Assembly: GCA_015664425.1 (NCBI GenBank)
Contig: DQQH01000258.1
Span: 9,359-73,358, forward strand
Reading direction: 5' to 3'
From: Planctomycetota bacterium
GTDB taxonomy: Bacteria; Planctomycetota; UBA8108; UBA1146
DNA length: 64,000 bases
Positions 46,409 to 57,000 of this stretch are shown here, piece after piece. A program made the translations under genes and the position numbers. The notes beneath the pieces were generated by a model. The model did no database searches and had not been told where the DNA came from. It was given only the letters and a program-made list of their open reading frames with translations. Numbering within the stretch: the stretch's first letter is position 1; every line of letters starts with the position of its first letter.

Positions 46409-48664
46409 ATGACGACGCGCAGCCGCAAGCCTTCCAGAAACACCTCCAAGGGGAGTGAGAAGAGAAAAACCAGCAAGAAGCCGGTGGCCACGGGGAAGCG
46501 CAAGGGATCGGCGAGCCGCAGCAAATCTGCTTACCCTTCGAAAGCGAGCGGCAAGAAAACCAGCGCTGCTTCCAAGGCTGGTCTCGACCGGGATCAACTC
46601 CTGGCCATCTACCGCAACATGTTTCTCAGCAGGGAGATCGATGAGGAGGAGATCCGCCTCAAGGCGAAGGGGCAGATCTTCTTCCAGATCAACGGCTGCG
46701 GTCACGAGGCGGTGTGCACTGCAGCGGCGATGGCGTTACGGCCAGGCTACGACTGGTTCTTTCCCTACTATCGAGACCGGGCACTGGTTCTTCAGCTTGG
46801 CCTCACGCCGACCGAGATGTTCAAGACTGGGACTGCTGCCGCTGATGAACCTGCAGGGGCTGGTCGCCAGATGCCGAGCCACTGGGGGAGTGTAGCGCTC
46901 AACATCGTCAATCAATCGAGCTGTACCGGTAGTCAGGTCCTCCATGCAGTCGGTTGCGCAGAAGCCTGGAGCAAGGGGCACCAGATCCCCGAACTGCAGG
47001 AGAAGATCCGGGGCTGGAGGAAGGATGAGATCGCCTACGTTTCCATCGGAGATGGGGGTACCAGCGAGGGGGAGGTGTGGGAGGCGTTGAGTTCCGCCTG
47101 CATCTTGCGCTTGCCGGTTCTCTTCCTGGTCGAGGACAACGACTACGCCATCAGCGTACCCGTCGAGGTGAACACCCCTGGTGGGTCGATTTCGAACCTG
47201 CTCGAGGGGTACCACGGTCTCACCGTTCACGAGGTGGACGGCTGTGACCCGGTCGCCAGTTACCAGTTATTCAGTGAGGTGGTCGAGGGGCTTCGCTCCG
47301 GGGGTGGTCCGGTCCTCGTCCATGCCCATGTTGTCAGACCATACTCCCATTCCCTCTCCGATGATGAGCGCGCCTACCGAACCGAGAAGGAACGTCAGGA
47401 AGAATTCCGGAGGGATCCTCTCGCCTCCTTCCCGAAACGTCTCATCGAGGAAAAATACGCCACAGAGGAGGAACTCGAAGCGATCCGGGGGGAGGTTCGT
47501 GCGCAAGTGAGGGAGGCGAGCGAAGTGGCAGTGGTTGCCATCCAGCCCGATCCCAGCACAGTCCTGGAGAACATCTACTCCCCTGATTTCGACCCCACCG
47601 ATCGGTCCCTCGAGTCGGTGGCTGAACCTCGCGGGGAGGCTCAGCAGGCAACCATGGTGGACCTGATCAACTCCTGTCTGCGCGAGGAGATGCGGCGCGA
47701 TCCAGAGATCGTCATCTTCGGTGAGGATGTCGCTGATGCCAGCCGCGAAGACGCACTCGAAGAGTGCAAGGGCAAGGGGGGTGTCTTCAAGGTTACCCAT
47801 GGATTGCAAAGGGAGTTCGGCAACCACCGTGTTTACAACTCGCCGCTGGCGGAAGCCAATATCGTCGGTCGGGCGATAGGGATGGCATTGCGTGGAATGA
47901 AACCGGTGGTCGAGGTGCAGTTTCTCGATTACATCTGGCCCGCCTACCATCAGATTCGTTCGGAACTGGCCCTGATGAGGTGGCGATCGAATGGGGCTAA
48001 CAGTTGCCCGACGGTGATTCGAGTCGCATGTGGTGGGTACCTCAGAGGTGGCTCGATTTACCACAGCCAGTCTGCAGAGAGTCTCTTCACTCACATTCCC
48101 GGACTTCGAGTGGTGATGCCGTCGAATGCCGTCGATGCCAATGGGCTGTTGCGTACGGCGATCCGCTGCGACGATCCCGTCATATTCATGGAGCACAAGC
48201 ACCTCTACAGGCAGACCTACAACAAGGGGACAGACCCGGGTCCTGAATTCACCGTGCCCTTCGGCAAGGCGGCCACGGTCCGGCAAGGAGATGCCCTCAC
48301 CATCATCACCTATGGGGCCCTCGTCCAGCGTTCTCTCATCGCCGCCAAGGCGCTTGCAAAGGAGGGGATCGAGGTGGAGATTCTCGATCTCCGGTCCCTG
48401 TCTCCCTACGACTGGGAATCGATCGAGGAGAGTGTCTTGAGGACCAGCAAGGCGATCGTCGTCCATGAAGACTCGGTCTCGTGGGGATACGGTGCCGAAA
48501 TTGCTGCAAGAATTTCCGATGAACTCTTCGCACATTTGGACGCGCCCGTTCGCCGCCTGGGAGCACTCGATTGCTTCGTCGCATACGCCCCTGATCTCGA
48601 GGAGGCGATCCTCCCGCAATCACAGCAGGTACAGGAGGCTGTCAGGCAACTTGCCAGCTATTGA
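46409..48664 (+). CDS. Fused 2-oxo acid dehydrogenase E1 alpha-beta subunit, with a roughly 60-aa Lys/Ser-rich N-terminal tail
   Basis: The alpha half carries the TPP motif GDGGTSEG...NDYAIS. The beta half follows (..EDVA..GGVFKVT..NSPLAE..). N-terminus [40 protein letters not shown]... The ATG at 46409 was chosen inside the longer TTG-initiated ORF. Confidence 0.8.
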   Translation: MTTRSRKPSRNTSKGSEKRKTSKKPVATGKRKGSASRSKSAYPSKASGKKTSAASKAGLDRDQLLAIYRNMFLSREIDEEEIRLKAKGQIFFQINGCGHEAVCTAAAMALRPGYDWFFPYYRDRALVLQLGLTPTEMFKTGTAAADEPAGAGRQMPSHWGSVALNIVNQSSCTGSQVLHAVGCAEAWSKGHQIPELQEKIRGWRKDEIAYVSIGDGGTSEGEVWEALSSACILRLPVLFLVEDNDYAISVPVEVNTPGGSISNLLEGYHGLTVHEVDGCDPVASYQLFSEVVEGLRSGGGPVLVHAHVVRPYSHSLSDDERAYRTEKERQEEFRRDPLASFPKRLIEEKYATEEELEAIRGEVRAQVREASEVAVVAIQPDPSTVLENIYSPDFDPTDRSLESVAEPRGEAQQATMVDLINSCLREEMRRDPEIVIFGEDVADASREDALEECKGKGGVFKVTHGLQREFGNHRVYNSPLAEANIVGRAIGMALRGMKPVVEVQFLDYIWPAYHQIRSELALMRWRSNGANSCPTVIRVACGGYLRGGSIYHSQSAESLFTHIPGLRVVMPSNAVDANGLLRTAIRCDDPVIFMEHKHLYRQTYNKGTDPGPEFTVPFGKAATVRQGDALTIITYGALVQRSLIAAKALAKEGIEVEILDLRSLSPYDWESIEESVLRTSKAIVVHEDSVSWGYGAEIAARISDELFAHLDAPVRRLGALDCFVAYAPDLEEAILPQSQQVQEAVRQLASY

Positions 48665-48787
48665 GGTGGCAGATCTTCCTCCGGGAACCGTTCTTCCTGC
48701 TGCTTCGTTCGTGTACTCTGGGGGAGGACCGCCGCTTACGGTCACCTCCCTGCGAGGCCCTGAAGCCGTTGAAAGTACAAGGAGAAG

Positions 48788-50845
48788 ATGGAAGAGAGAC
48801 CGAAAGACCACCACGACGGGGACAGCGAAGGCCCTCCTGAAGCACCCCGCTGGACCCAGCGCCCCTGGTTCTGGTTCATGGTTCTGTTGCTGCTCGTCAT
48901 GACAGTGATGAACTACATCGGCAGCGATATCGAGAGGTCCTCTTCTGAGGGAAATTTCACCCTCCTGGTCGAGCAGATCCGTAACGGAAACGTCGAGCAG
49001 ATCAAGGAACTGGAGTCGAGCTACTTCCTGGCGAAGTTGCGTCAGGAGATACAGATTCCCGTTCAGGGTGATTTCGACGGGGAGGAACTCATTTCAGCGA
49101 GTTCGATTCGGGTGGTGATCAAGGGAGACGCCCTGCTCGAGAAGATCTCGAATGCCTGCGATGAGAAGAATACCCCTCTCGAATTACGGAGCACTGCCAG
49201 CGAATTCTGGGCGGTGATCTTTGGCAGTCTCCTGCCGATCCTTATCCTTGTTCTCTTCTTCTGGTTCATTAGCAGCCGGGTCCGCAGGCAGATGGGGCCG
49301 GGGATCTTCGGGAAGTTCTCAGGGAACCGAGCGAAGAGATTCGACGCCGACGGGGATCTGGTCACCTTTGAAGAGGTTGCTGGATTGCGCAACGTCAAGA
49401 AGGAACTCCAGGAGATTGTTGACTTCCTCCGGACCCCGGAAAAATACACCCGATTGGGGGCGAAGATTCCCAAGGGGGTGTTGCTGATCGGACCACCGGG
49501 GACTGGGAAGACACTTCTCGCCCGGGCCGTTGCAGGAGAAGCGGGGGTTCCCTTCTTTTCCATATCGGGATCGGAGTTCATCGAACTGTTCGTTGGCGTC
49601 GGTGCCTCTCGAGTCAGAGAACTCTTCGAGGAGGCGAAGAAGAACGCTCCCTGCATTATCTTCATCGATGAGATCGATGCTGTTGGAAGGTCGAGAGGTG
49701 CGGGTCTCGGTGGCGGTCACGACGAACGTGAGCAGACTCTCAACCAGATACTTTCGGAGATGGATGGTTTCGAGACCCATCAGGCGGTGATCGTACTGGC
49801 GGCGACCAATCGCCCCGATGTCCTCGATGCTGCTCTTGTCAGACCTGGCCGATTCGACCGTCAAGTGGTTGTCGAACGCCCGCAAAAAGAGGGCCGCCGT
49901 GCGATTCTGAAGGTCCACACCCGCCAGATTCCTCTCCATGATGACGTCGACCTGGAAGCGGTTGCCAGGGGGACGATTGGATTCTCGGGGGCAGACCTCG
50001 AGAACCTTGCCAATGAAGCGGCGCTGAATGCAGCCCGAGAAAACAAGAACATCATCACCAAGGAAGATTTCGACACGGCGAAGGACAAGATTCTCCTCGG
50101 GACCCTTCGCGATGAGACTCTCAGCGAGAAGGAACGCAAACTCACCGCCTTCCACGAGGCGGGGCATGCGCTCCTCGCCATGCTTCTGCCAGGCGCTGAC
50201 CCTGTTCATTCAGTCACCATCGTCCCACGAGGGCGGGCGCTCGGGGTAACTCAGCAACTTCCAGCCGAGGAGATCCACAGTTATTCGCGGACCTATCTGA
50301 TGAATCGGATCGTAATTCTCCTCGGAGGCCGTGCTGCGGAGGAGATCGTCTTCAATGAGTCGACCACCGGTGCCGAGAACGATCTCGAGCAAGCAACGAA
50401 GCTGATCGAGCGGATGATCTGCCGCTGGGGCATGAGTGAGAAGGTCGGTCCCATCTCCTATCGCCGTGGGGAGGAGCAGGTCTTCCTCGGCCGGGAGATC
50501 GGCGAGGGGCGGCATCTCAGCGAGCAAACATCGAACCTGATCGATGAGGAGATTCGCGCTTTCATGGAGAAAGGGCACCAGGAGGCGCTGAAATTGCTGC
50601 GAGGGGAACGAGAGCGCCTCGACAAGCTGGCGAACGAGCTCCTCGAAAAAGAGGTCCTCACCGACAGGGAGATCTACCAACTCCTCGAGATCGAGTTGCC
50701 TCCATCTCTGGCAGAGGAAGAGGGGGAAGGGTCTCCATCAACAGAGGGTGGCAAATCCACGGAATCCTCGGCTGAAAAGGAGGTTGACCCCTCCGCTGCC
50801 GACGAGGGGCTCGATCCGGGCATGCTGGGCCTCGAGGGGGCATAG
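48788..50845 (+). CDS. ftsH: ATP-dependent zinc metalloprotease FtsH
   Basis: Two TM helices. AAA module GPPGTGKT with the second region of homology, and HEAGH zinc motif. Confidence 0.9.
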   Translation: MEERPKDHHDGDSEGPPEAPRWTQRPWFWFMVLLLLVMTVMNYIGSDIERSSSEGNFTLLVEQIRNGNVEQIKELESSYFLAKLRQEIQIPVQGDFDGEELISASSIRVVIKGDALLEKISNACDEKNTPLELRSTASEFWAVIFGSLLPILILVLFFWFISSRVRRQMGPGIFGKFSGNRAKRFDADGDLVTFEEVAGLRNVKKELQEIVDFLRTPEKYTRLGAKIPKGVLLIGPPGTGKTLLARAVAGEAGVPFFSISGSEFIELFVGVGASRVRELFEEAKKNAPCIIFIDEIDAVGRSRGAGLGGGHDEREQTLNQILSEMDGFETHQAVIVLAATNRPDVLDAALVRPGRFDRQVVVERPQKEGRRAILKVHTRQIPLHDDVDLEAVARGTIGFSGADLENLANEAALNAARENKNIITKEDFDTAKDKILLGTLRDETLSEKERKLTAFHEAGHALLAMLLPGADPVHSVTIVPRGRALGVTQQLPAEEIHSYSRTYLMNRIVILLGGRAAEEIVFNESTTGAENDLEQATKLIERMICRWGMSEKVGPISYRRGEEQVFLGREIGEGRHLSEQTSNLIDEEIRAFMEKGHQEALKLLRGERERLDKLANELLEKEVLTDREIYQLLEIELPPSLAEEEGEGSPSTEGGKSTESSAEKEVDPSAADEGLDPGMLGLEGA

Positions 50846-51092
50846 AGGGGAGACCCCCTTTTCATATGGGCGCTCCTGTTGTCACAATGGCGGCGGGAGA
50901 GGCAGGGCCGTGGCGACGGTTGTTGCGGATCCGCCTCGGGGTGACATGATCGGCCGATTCTCACCTCTACCGGATGGCGAGCGACCACGATCTCACGTGG
51001 CCCCAAGCCGCCGAACCGGCTCGTTTTCCGAAGACGATCCGCCTTCACCGTCTCAACAACGAGATTCAGATTGCAGGCGTCGTTGCCTCGGG

Positions 51093-52718
51093 ATGATGAA
51101 ACTCGATGGACTCCTCCAACAAAGGGCCCTGGGAGAAGTCAACCCGACCGAGAGCATTTCTCTGCTCAGATGCCTCGACCGCCTCGGCACGGAGCCTGTC
51201 GATGGGTGGTCCTTGCTCCTCCCGGGAGGGGTTCATTCCCTGTTGCGTGGATTCGTTCGCCTGACCCATCTGCTCTCGAGCCTCCACGCAGGTGGGGTAC
51301 CGGTGGTCGCACTTCTCCCGCGAGCGGTCAGGGTTCGTTCGGGAGGTGAACTCGATCTTGACGCCGAACAGCTGGAGAGGGTGATTCCGAGGGACCTCGA
51401 TCAGGCGGCACCCTCCCTCGCGCCGGAGGTCCTTCTCGATCCTCGGGGGGGACATCTCGGAGAACCCCAGGCGGTCTATGCCGTCGCTGCGTTGCTCCAC
51501 CGTTGTCTCGCAGGAACTCCACCCTGGGGGGGACGGAATGCGGCGGAAGTCGCCGATCGAATTCTCACCGGGTCTCCACCCAGCGATTCCTTTTCCGCAG
51601 GCAATCTCCCCCCGGGCCTGGGCCCATTGCTCAGGGATGCGTTGCACCTCGACCCTGCTGCCCGACCGGCAACCCTGCGCGGCTTTGCATCGATGCTCGA
51701 ATCGGTGACGATGGGAGGTCGACCACGGGCGGAGGTCGCCCGTCGCCTGACGAACCAGCGCCAGCCCCACGCTCCCTGGGGTCCGATCCTGCTCGTGGCG
51801 GCGATCCTCATCTTCGCTCTGGCAGCCTTTCGCCGCTCATCTGTCGAGGATGAGATCCACCGGGTTGCCGACCGGCTGTGGTCGGTGATGGCTGTCCGGC
51901 CCCTGCCGATGCTGGGAGAAGATCCTCCGACCCATGCCCTGGCCGGAGTGGTTCTGCGCTCCGAAGAACACCATATCGGGGCTCTCGGCGATGATCCCCG
52001 CCTGCTCCTCTCTCTCGCCTGGGCGCAGATCAGGGCTGGGCACTACGAGAGCGCCGTCAGGAGCGCCCGACGTGTTCTCCTCTACGGCCCACGGGCTGCC
52101 GGAGCCTGGGTGACCATCGGAATCGCTCGCCTGGAGATGGGGGATGAGGGTGGGTTGATGGAGTTGAGGCGAGGTCTGGGCATGACCGCAGAGGGCGAGG
52201 AGCAGCGCTGGTTGCAGGTCGCGGGGCACTTCTACCTTCTCGAGTTCGATGCTGCTGCAGCGGGCTTCGAGCGCTGGACCCGCGACCACCCGAGGGACTT
52301 TTCCGGCTGGCTCCACCTTGCACTCTCGACCTATCGAGCGGGGAGGGTGGAGAGCGCCAGCAAGGCTCTGACCCAAGCGCAGCGCCTGCGTCCCCATGAC
52401 CCCTGGGTTGAGTGGTTGAGGGCGGAGATCCTCCTGGCCACCGGCGATGCGCCAGGGGCCATCCTGGTGGTCGATCGCAGCAAGACAGCCTGGGTCCGGC
52501 AACCCGCGCTTCTCCTGCGAGGTGGGGACCTCCTTCGCCGTCTCGGGGAGGAGGAGGGGGGAGAGGACTGGATTCAGCGTGCTATCGAGGAGTACGGAGA
52601 TCCCGAAGCAAGCCACTGGTTGGAGGAAAAAGCCTCGAAACCGCCGTTTTCTGCGCCCTCTCCCCCTCTCGAAGAAGTTCCTGAACATCCGGCGAATAGA
52701 AGCGTCTCGGATCCGTAG
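51093..52718 (+). CDS. Membrane protein with a degenerate (C-lobe-only) protein-kinase-like domain, one TM helix and C-terminal TPR repeats
   Basis: Kinase C-lobe remnants LHAGGV (in place of HRD), DLD (in place of DFG), SLAPEVLL and GTPPW. TM helix ILLVAAILIFALAAF followed by TPR-like repeats. An alternative ATG start lies at 50946; the ORF opens at 50748 inside ftsH. Confidence 0.5.
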   Translation: MMKLDGLLQQRALGEVNPTESISLLRCLDRLGTEPVDGWSLLLPGGVHSLLRGFVRLTHLLSSLHAGGVPVVALLPRAVRVRSGGELDLDAEQLERVIPRDLDQAAPSLAPEVLLDPRGGHLGEPQAVYAVAALLHRCLAGTPPWGGRNAAEVADRILTGSPPSDSFSAGNLPPGLGPLLRDALHLDPAARPATLRGFASMLESVTMGGRPRAEVARRLTNQRQPHAPWGPILLVAAILIFALAAFRRSSVEDEIHRVADRLWSVMAVRPLPMLGEDPPTHALAGVVLRSEEHHIGALGDDPRLLLSLAWAQIRAGHYESAVRSARRVLLYGPRAAGAWVTIGIARLEMGDEGGLMELRRGLGMTAEGEEQRWLQVAGHFYLLEFDAAAAGFERWTRDHPRDFSGWLHLALSTYRAGRVESASKALTQAQRLRPHDPWVEWLRAEILLATGDAPGAILVVDRSKTAWVRQPALLLRGGDLLRRLGEEEGGEDWIQRAIEEYGDPEASHWLEEKASKPPFSAPSPPLEEVPEHPANRSVSDP

Positions 52719-52788
52719 GTTGAGTTGAGGGACGGGGACGACCGCGCGGCGTCCTGGACTGTCCCTCCTCGACAGAAAGGAAACCGAG

Positions 52789-53412
52789 ATGAAATTCCTG
52801 AGAACCCTGTTCCTTCTCGTTTCTGGTGGCCTGCTGGTCACCGCCCCGGGCACCGTCGAAGGCGCTCCTGGGAACTCGGCGGGGCGAGACAAAAAGGCCG
52901 CTGTGGAAAAGGTGTCCCTGTTGCGGAGCGTCAGGGGGGTGACTCCTCTGCGCACGACCGCTGTGACCCGGAACAAGCGGGCGGTGACCCCCCGGCGCGT
53001 GGTGACGAAGACGCGCTCCAAGAGGACCGTTGTTCCGCTCTCGACGAGGCATTTCCGAGGCAGTATCGATCGTGTTGGCACGGTTCGCTGCAGGCGTAAC
53101 AATCACGTACATGAGTTCCTGCAGGGTGTCAGATTCTTCAATCGTGGCCTCCAGTGCTTCCGAAGGCTCTCCTGCGGGCGGGTGGAGTTTTATCTGCCCG
53201 GCCACTACGAGATGGTTTCGCGGGAAATCATCGAGCCTGGTCGCTGGAAGTACCTGAATACCCGGGTTGCTTTGCCGGTATTCGGCTGTTTCCCGGGCCT
53301 TCTGCGGACACAGCGAAATAGGGTCTGGATCGCGCCGAGAATCCGTGTGGTGACCGAACGCTGCTGGGTTCCGGGAGCCTGGGTCGAAACCCACTCCCTC
53401 CATGTTTCCTGA
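52789..53412 (+). CDS. Hypothetical secreted basic protein
   Basis: RBS AAAGGAAA. Signal peptide MKFLRTLFLLVSGGLLVTAPG. Arg/Lys- and Cys-rich. Followed by a terminator. Confidence 0.5.
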   Translation: MKFLRTLFLLVSGGLLVTAPGTVEGAPGNSAGRDKKAAVEKVSLLRSVRGVTPLRTTAVTRNKRAVTPRRVVTKTRSKRTVVPLSTRHFRGSIDRVGTVRCRRNNHVHEFLQGVRFFNRGLQCFRRLSCGRVEFYLPGHYEMVSREIIEPGRWKYLNTRVALPVFGCFPGLLRTQRNRVWIAPRIRVVTERCWVPGAWVETHSLHVS

Positions 53413-53418
53413 GAAGCT

Positions 53419-53455
53419 GGGGCCGTGTCTCCTGTGCGCGCGGCCCCAGCCCTTT
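53419..53455 (+). terminator. Rho-independent terminator after the secreted-protein gene
   Basis: GGGGCCG...CGGCCCC stem followed by AGCCCUUUUG. Confidence 0.5.
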
Positions 53456-53825
53456 TGCAGAAGCCCTTGATCCAGATCATGGGATCTCATAGGCTGCCGA
53501 CGCAACGCGGGGCGCCAGGCCGAAGTACGCCGCCTGTCTGGGGTCTCGAAAGGGGAATGGGTCTCGGGTTCTCCGCACCTTGTTGTTCCACCTCGCCTCT
53601 CGTGGATCCGAAATCACCGAAAATCTGAATTCAGGCAGCGCCTCAGTTTTGCGTGTTGCCTCAAGTGGTGCATCCTGGCCAGGGGGGAATGGGGATGGCA
53701 GGAGACCCGATCTGGACCGCTCCCACCCCGTCCACAATTGAAATCAAGGAGCCAATGGCCTGTCCGTCCCTACGCTTTCCATGGGCAGGTTCCTCCATTT
53801 CCTCGTTTATTTCAGACCCAAACTC

Positions 53826-53860
53826 CTCCTCACCGAGTAGGGACGGTGAGGAGATTTTCG
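53826..53860 (+). terminator. Second intrinsic terminator inside the intergenic leader, with a competing upstream antiterminator-like pairing
   Basis: CTCCTCACCG-agtaggga-CGGTGAGGAG followed by AUUUUCG. Upstream, 53764-53773 (ccgtccctac) is complementary to 53837-53846 (gtagggacgg), which overlaps the terminator loop and right arm. Confidence 0.45.
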
Positions 53861-53985
53861 TAGGCAATAGGGGCCGTTCGGCAGTCAGCTGGGGAGACCG
53901 TCCAGGCGCCCTCGGCGGCGTTACAACGCTCCCTCGCCTCAGGACAGCGCCTCTTCCGTAACCTCTCCCCTTCCCGCAACTTTTC

Positions 53986-54014
53986 TTTACACCCCCAATT
54001 GGCCGCGCTAGTAT
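53986..54014 (+). promoter_or_regulatory. Sigma70-like promoter candidate for the large regulator gene (TTTACA-17-TAGTAT)
   Basis: ctTTTACAcccccaattggccgcgcTAGTATtacc, about 50 nt upstream of RBS GAGGAGG and the start at 54065. Confidence 0.4.
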
Positions 54015-54064
54015 TACCGTCACGAATCAATACGGTTTATTGGAAGTGAGGAGGTTTCGTGGGG

Positions 54065-57000
54065 ATGACCCGTGAGGAACCGATCGACATGACACCGCAG
54101 GATGCTGAGGATCGGGGCCTCTCACCCGACCGGAACGAGATCCTCGATGAACTCGAGGATCTGATCCGCTGCGCTCTCCTCGCCGAGAGAGGCCAGGGAA
54201 GCGGCGTTGCCCTTGTCCTGGTTCGTGGTGCCAGTGGCCAGGGGAAAAGCCGCCTCGTCGAGGACCTCCTCGAACGCCTCGGAGATGAACGTCCTCTCTT
54301 CCAGGAGGTGGAGTGTCACGAGCGCCAGGGGATTCCCTTCCTGCCGGTGCTCCGTTTGATCAAGAACCTCATCGTATCCAGTCTCGCCCCGCGGGAGTTG
54401 TGGAGAAAATACGCTCACGTTCTGACCCGGGTATTCCCTGAACTGGTGGAGCAACTCGGAGGAGCCATGCCCCCCGATCCTCTGCCCGGGGAGGATGGTC
54501 GGATCCAGTTCCATCAGGCTCTCACCAGTATCCTCCTCGAGTTGGCTGCGGAGAGACCGCTTCTACTGGCGATCCACGACATCCATCGCTGTGATCGGGG
54601 GACGATCGAGTTCATCACATTTCTCGCTCGCAACGTGTTCCTCTCGACCGGCGGCCAACGCTCCGAGGTCGATGCGTCCGCTGGTTCAGAGGAGGGTTCC
54701 CGGGAGTGGAAGCAAATTCACACCCGTGAAGGTCGCGATGGGAAATCGGTCTCGGAGTTCCTCGAATCGGATGAGGGCTCCACCTCCGAGGGGTCTCCGG
54801 GTGCCAGGATCCAGATCGTCGTCAATTACACCTCAAAGGACAGCGCTGCTCGCCTCGCCGGGGAAACGGACGAGGTCCTCGCCTCCCTCGGGCGCCTGGC
54901 AAAGGAGCCCTTCTCGCGGCATTTTGATCTGCCTCCCCTGATGCCTGGCGATCTGGCACAGATGGTCGAGACGGAGGTCGAAGCCCGCTGCGAGCCGGGA
55001 CAGATCGAGAGGGTGTACGAGGCCACCGGAGGCAACCCGCTGCGCGCCCTCGACCTCTGTCGTCTGGTGTCGGAGAGTGGCGGGAACTGGCGGCTTCTCG
55101 ACGACATCTTGCCGGCGATACTCCCGAAAGGAGCGAGTTCTGCTCAGGAGCAGCTGGGGCGTGGCGTCTTCATGAGGCGTCTTGCCTCCTTGCCTGCCCT
55201 ACAGGTGATGGTGCTTCGTTACCTGGCGCTTCTCCGTCGCCCCGCCGATGCCGTCTTCATCGGTGAGGCCTGTCAAAGTGACCCCCAGATCCTCGATGAA
55301 GCCTTGCTGGAACTGACCGATCGAGGGTTCATCCGCTCGCGTCAGGTTCGCAACCTGTCTCGCTTTCACATCGGACATGAGGACCATCTGCGCTGGATTC
55401 GCAGAGGGATCGAGCCCTCCGAAGCCCGACGCTTACAGGGAGATCTGGGACGGATTCTGGCGGAAGATCCACGCGCGAGTGAGCCGGTCAGATCGTTCGA
55501 GATCTACGAGCAGTTGCGGGCTGCAGGTCAACTCGAGGAGTGTAGGGGCCATGGGTTTTCGGCGTTCCGCTTCTTCTCCAGCGCTTACGCCGAGCACCTC
55601 GCAATCCGGGTTGGCCGTGAACTGATCGACTCCCTCGGGGCCGACGGTGATCCGGAGATGCGTCACGACGTGCTGATGGAACTCATCGAGCTGGAGATGG
55701 GGACCGGCCAGCAGGAACTTGCCAAGGCCCACGCCAAGTCCCTCATCGAGGATCCAGAACTGCCGGCTGGCCCGCGTCTCGAGGGGCTGCTCCTCCTCGC
55801 CGAGATTTACTGCCAGCTGGGTGAACCCCTCAAGGGGATCAAGGCCCTCAACCGAGTGCCACGGGAGACGGTGGCGACGGTGGGGGGGCTCTCCGAGGCG
55901 CGCATCACAACAAAGCGCGCACGTCTCCGCCTCGAGCGCCGGGATTTCAAGCGTGCGATCAGCCTCTGCCTGCGGGGCCTCAAGGAACTCGAAGGCACCG
56001 CTGAAGAGCCAGTTCATCTCTCATTGCGTGCCGATCTTCTCGAGTTCCTTTCCGAGGCGCACCTTCGTCGAGGAGAGACCGTCTCGGCCCTGAACCACTA
56101 CCAGTCCCTGCTCGAACTGGTCGAGGGGCTCGGAGATGATGTCCGCCTCTCCTCGGTGCTGAGGACCCTGAGCCGGGTCTACTACGATCGAGGAAATCAT
56201 TTCCGCTCCGCTCGATACCTCTTCCGTGCACTCGAGGTGATCGAGCGCACACGCGATTTCCGCGCTCTGGCCTCCACCTACGAACTCCTCGGCAAGGTCT
56301 ACCGGAATTCAGGCGATTTCCCTCGCAGCCTGGAACACTTCCGACTCAGCTTGCGCCTCCGGGAAAAGATTGGTGATGCGAAACTTCTGTCACCGACGCT
56401 CAATTCCATCGGCAGTCTGCATTCCCACAACGGTGATTACGCTCGTGCCATCCGCTATTTCAAGCGCAGCGTGACCAACAGCGAACGGTTCGGCAGCACC
56501 GATGGAATCGTCCGCTCCTTCCTCCATCTTGGCTGGGTCTTTCACGAGTTGGGCGAACGCAAGCAACTGGAGAGTCTTTGCCGACAGGTGCTGATTCTCT
56601 CCCAGGAGTTCGATCTCCTCGATCTGGAAGCAGAAGGCCACCGGCTCGCAGGAAGCCTCGCCTTCCTCAGGGGGGACTTGAAGAACTCCGAGAAGGAATT
56701 CCGGCGCTCCCTGGAAATCGCCCAGAAGAGAGGAATGACCAAACTCGCAGCTGCCAGCCACCTCGACCTGGCTGCCCTCGAGCAGAAGCGCGAGCGATAC
56801 GAAGCTGCCCTCAAACTGGTCAGCCGGGGAATACTCCAGGCTGAAGAGATCCAGTCGATCCCGTTCCAGGTCAGGGGATTGCTTCTCAAGGGAGAGATTT
56901 CCCGCCATCTCCGCGGTGGCAGCCCAGAACGGACCCGGGAGTGCTACGAGAAGGCGGTCACCCTGGTCTCCGGGGAGACGCTGATGCCGTTGCAGTGGTC

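Noticed and set aside
47267-48619. 450-aa minus-strand ORF inside the fused E1 alpha-beta gene
   Set aside because: It is antisense to a frame with TPP-binding and transketolase-like motifs. It is a GC-skew artefact.
51837-53505. Minus-strand ORFs of 421 aa and 307 aa overlapping the pseudokinase-TPR and secreted-protein genes
   Set aside because: There is no RBS or motif support. They overlap better-supported plus-strand genes and a clear plus-strand terminator.
53640-53760. TPP (THI-box) riboswitch in the leader upstream of the regulator gene
   Set aside because: Only a partial resemblance (GGUGC ... GGCAGGAGA ... CCCGAUCUGGA) is present. The P4/P5 CUGG...CCAG hairpin and the AGGGA consensus are absent, and no thiamine genes are adjacent.
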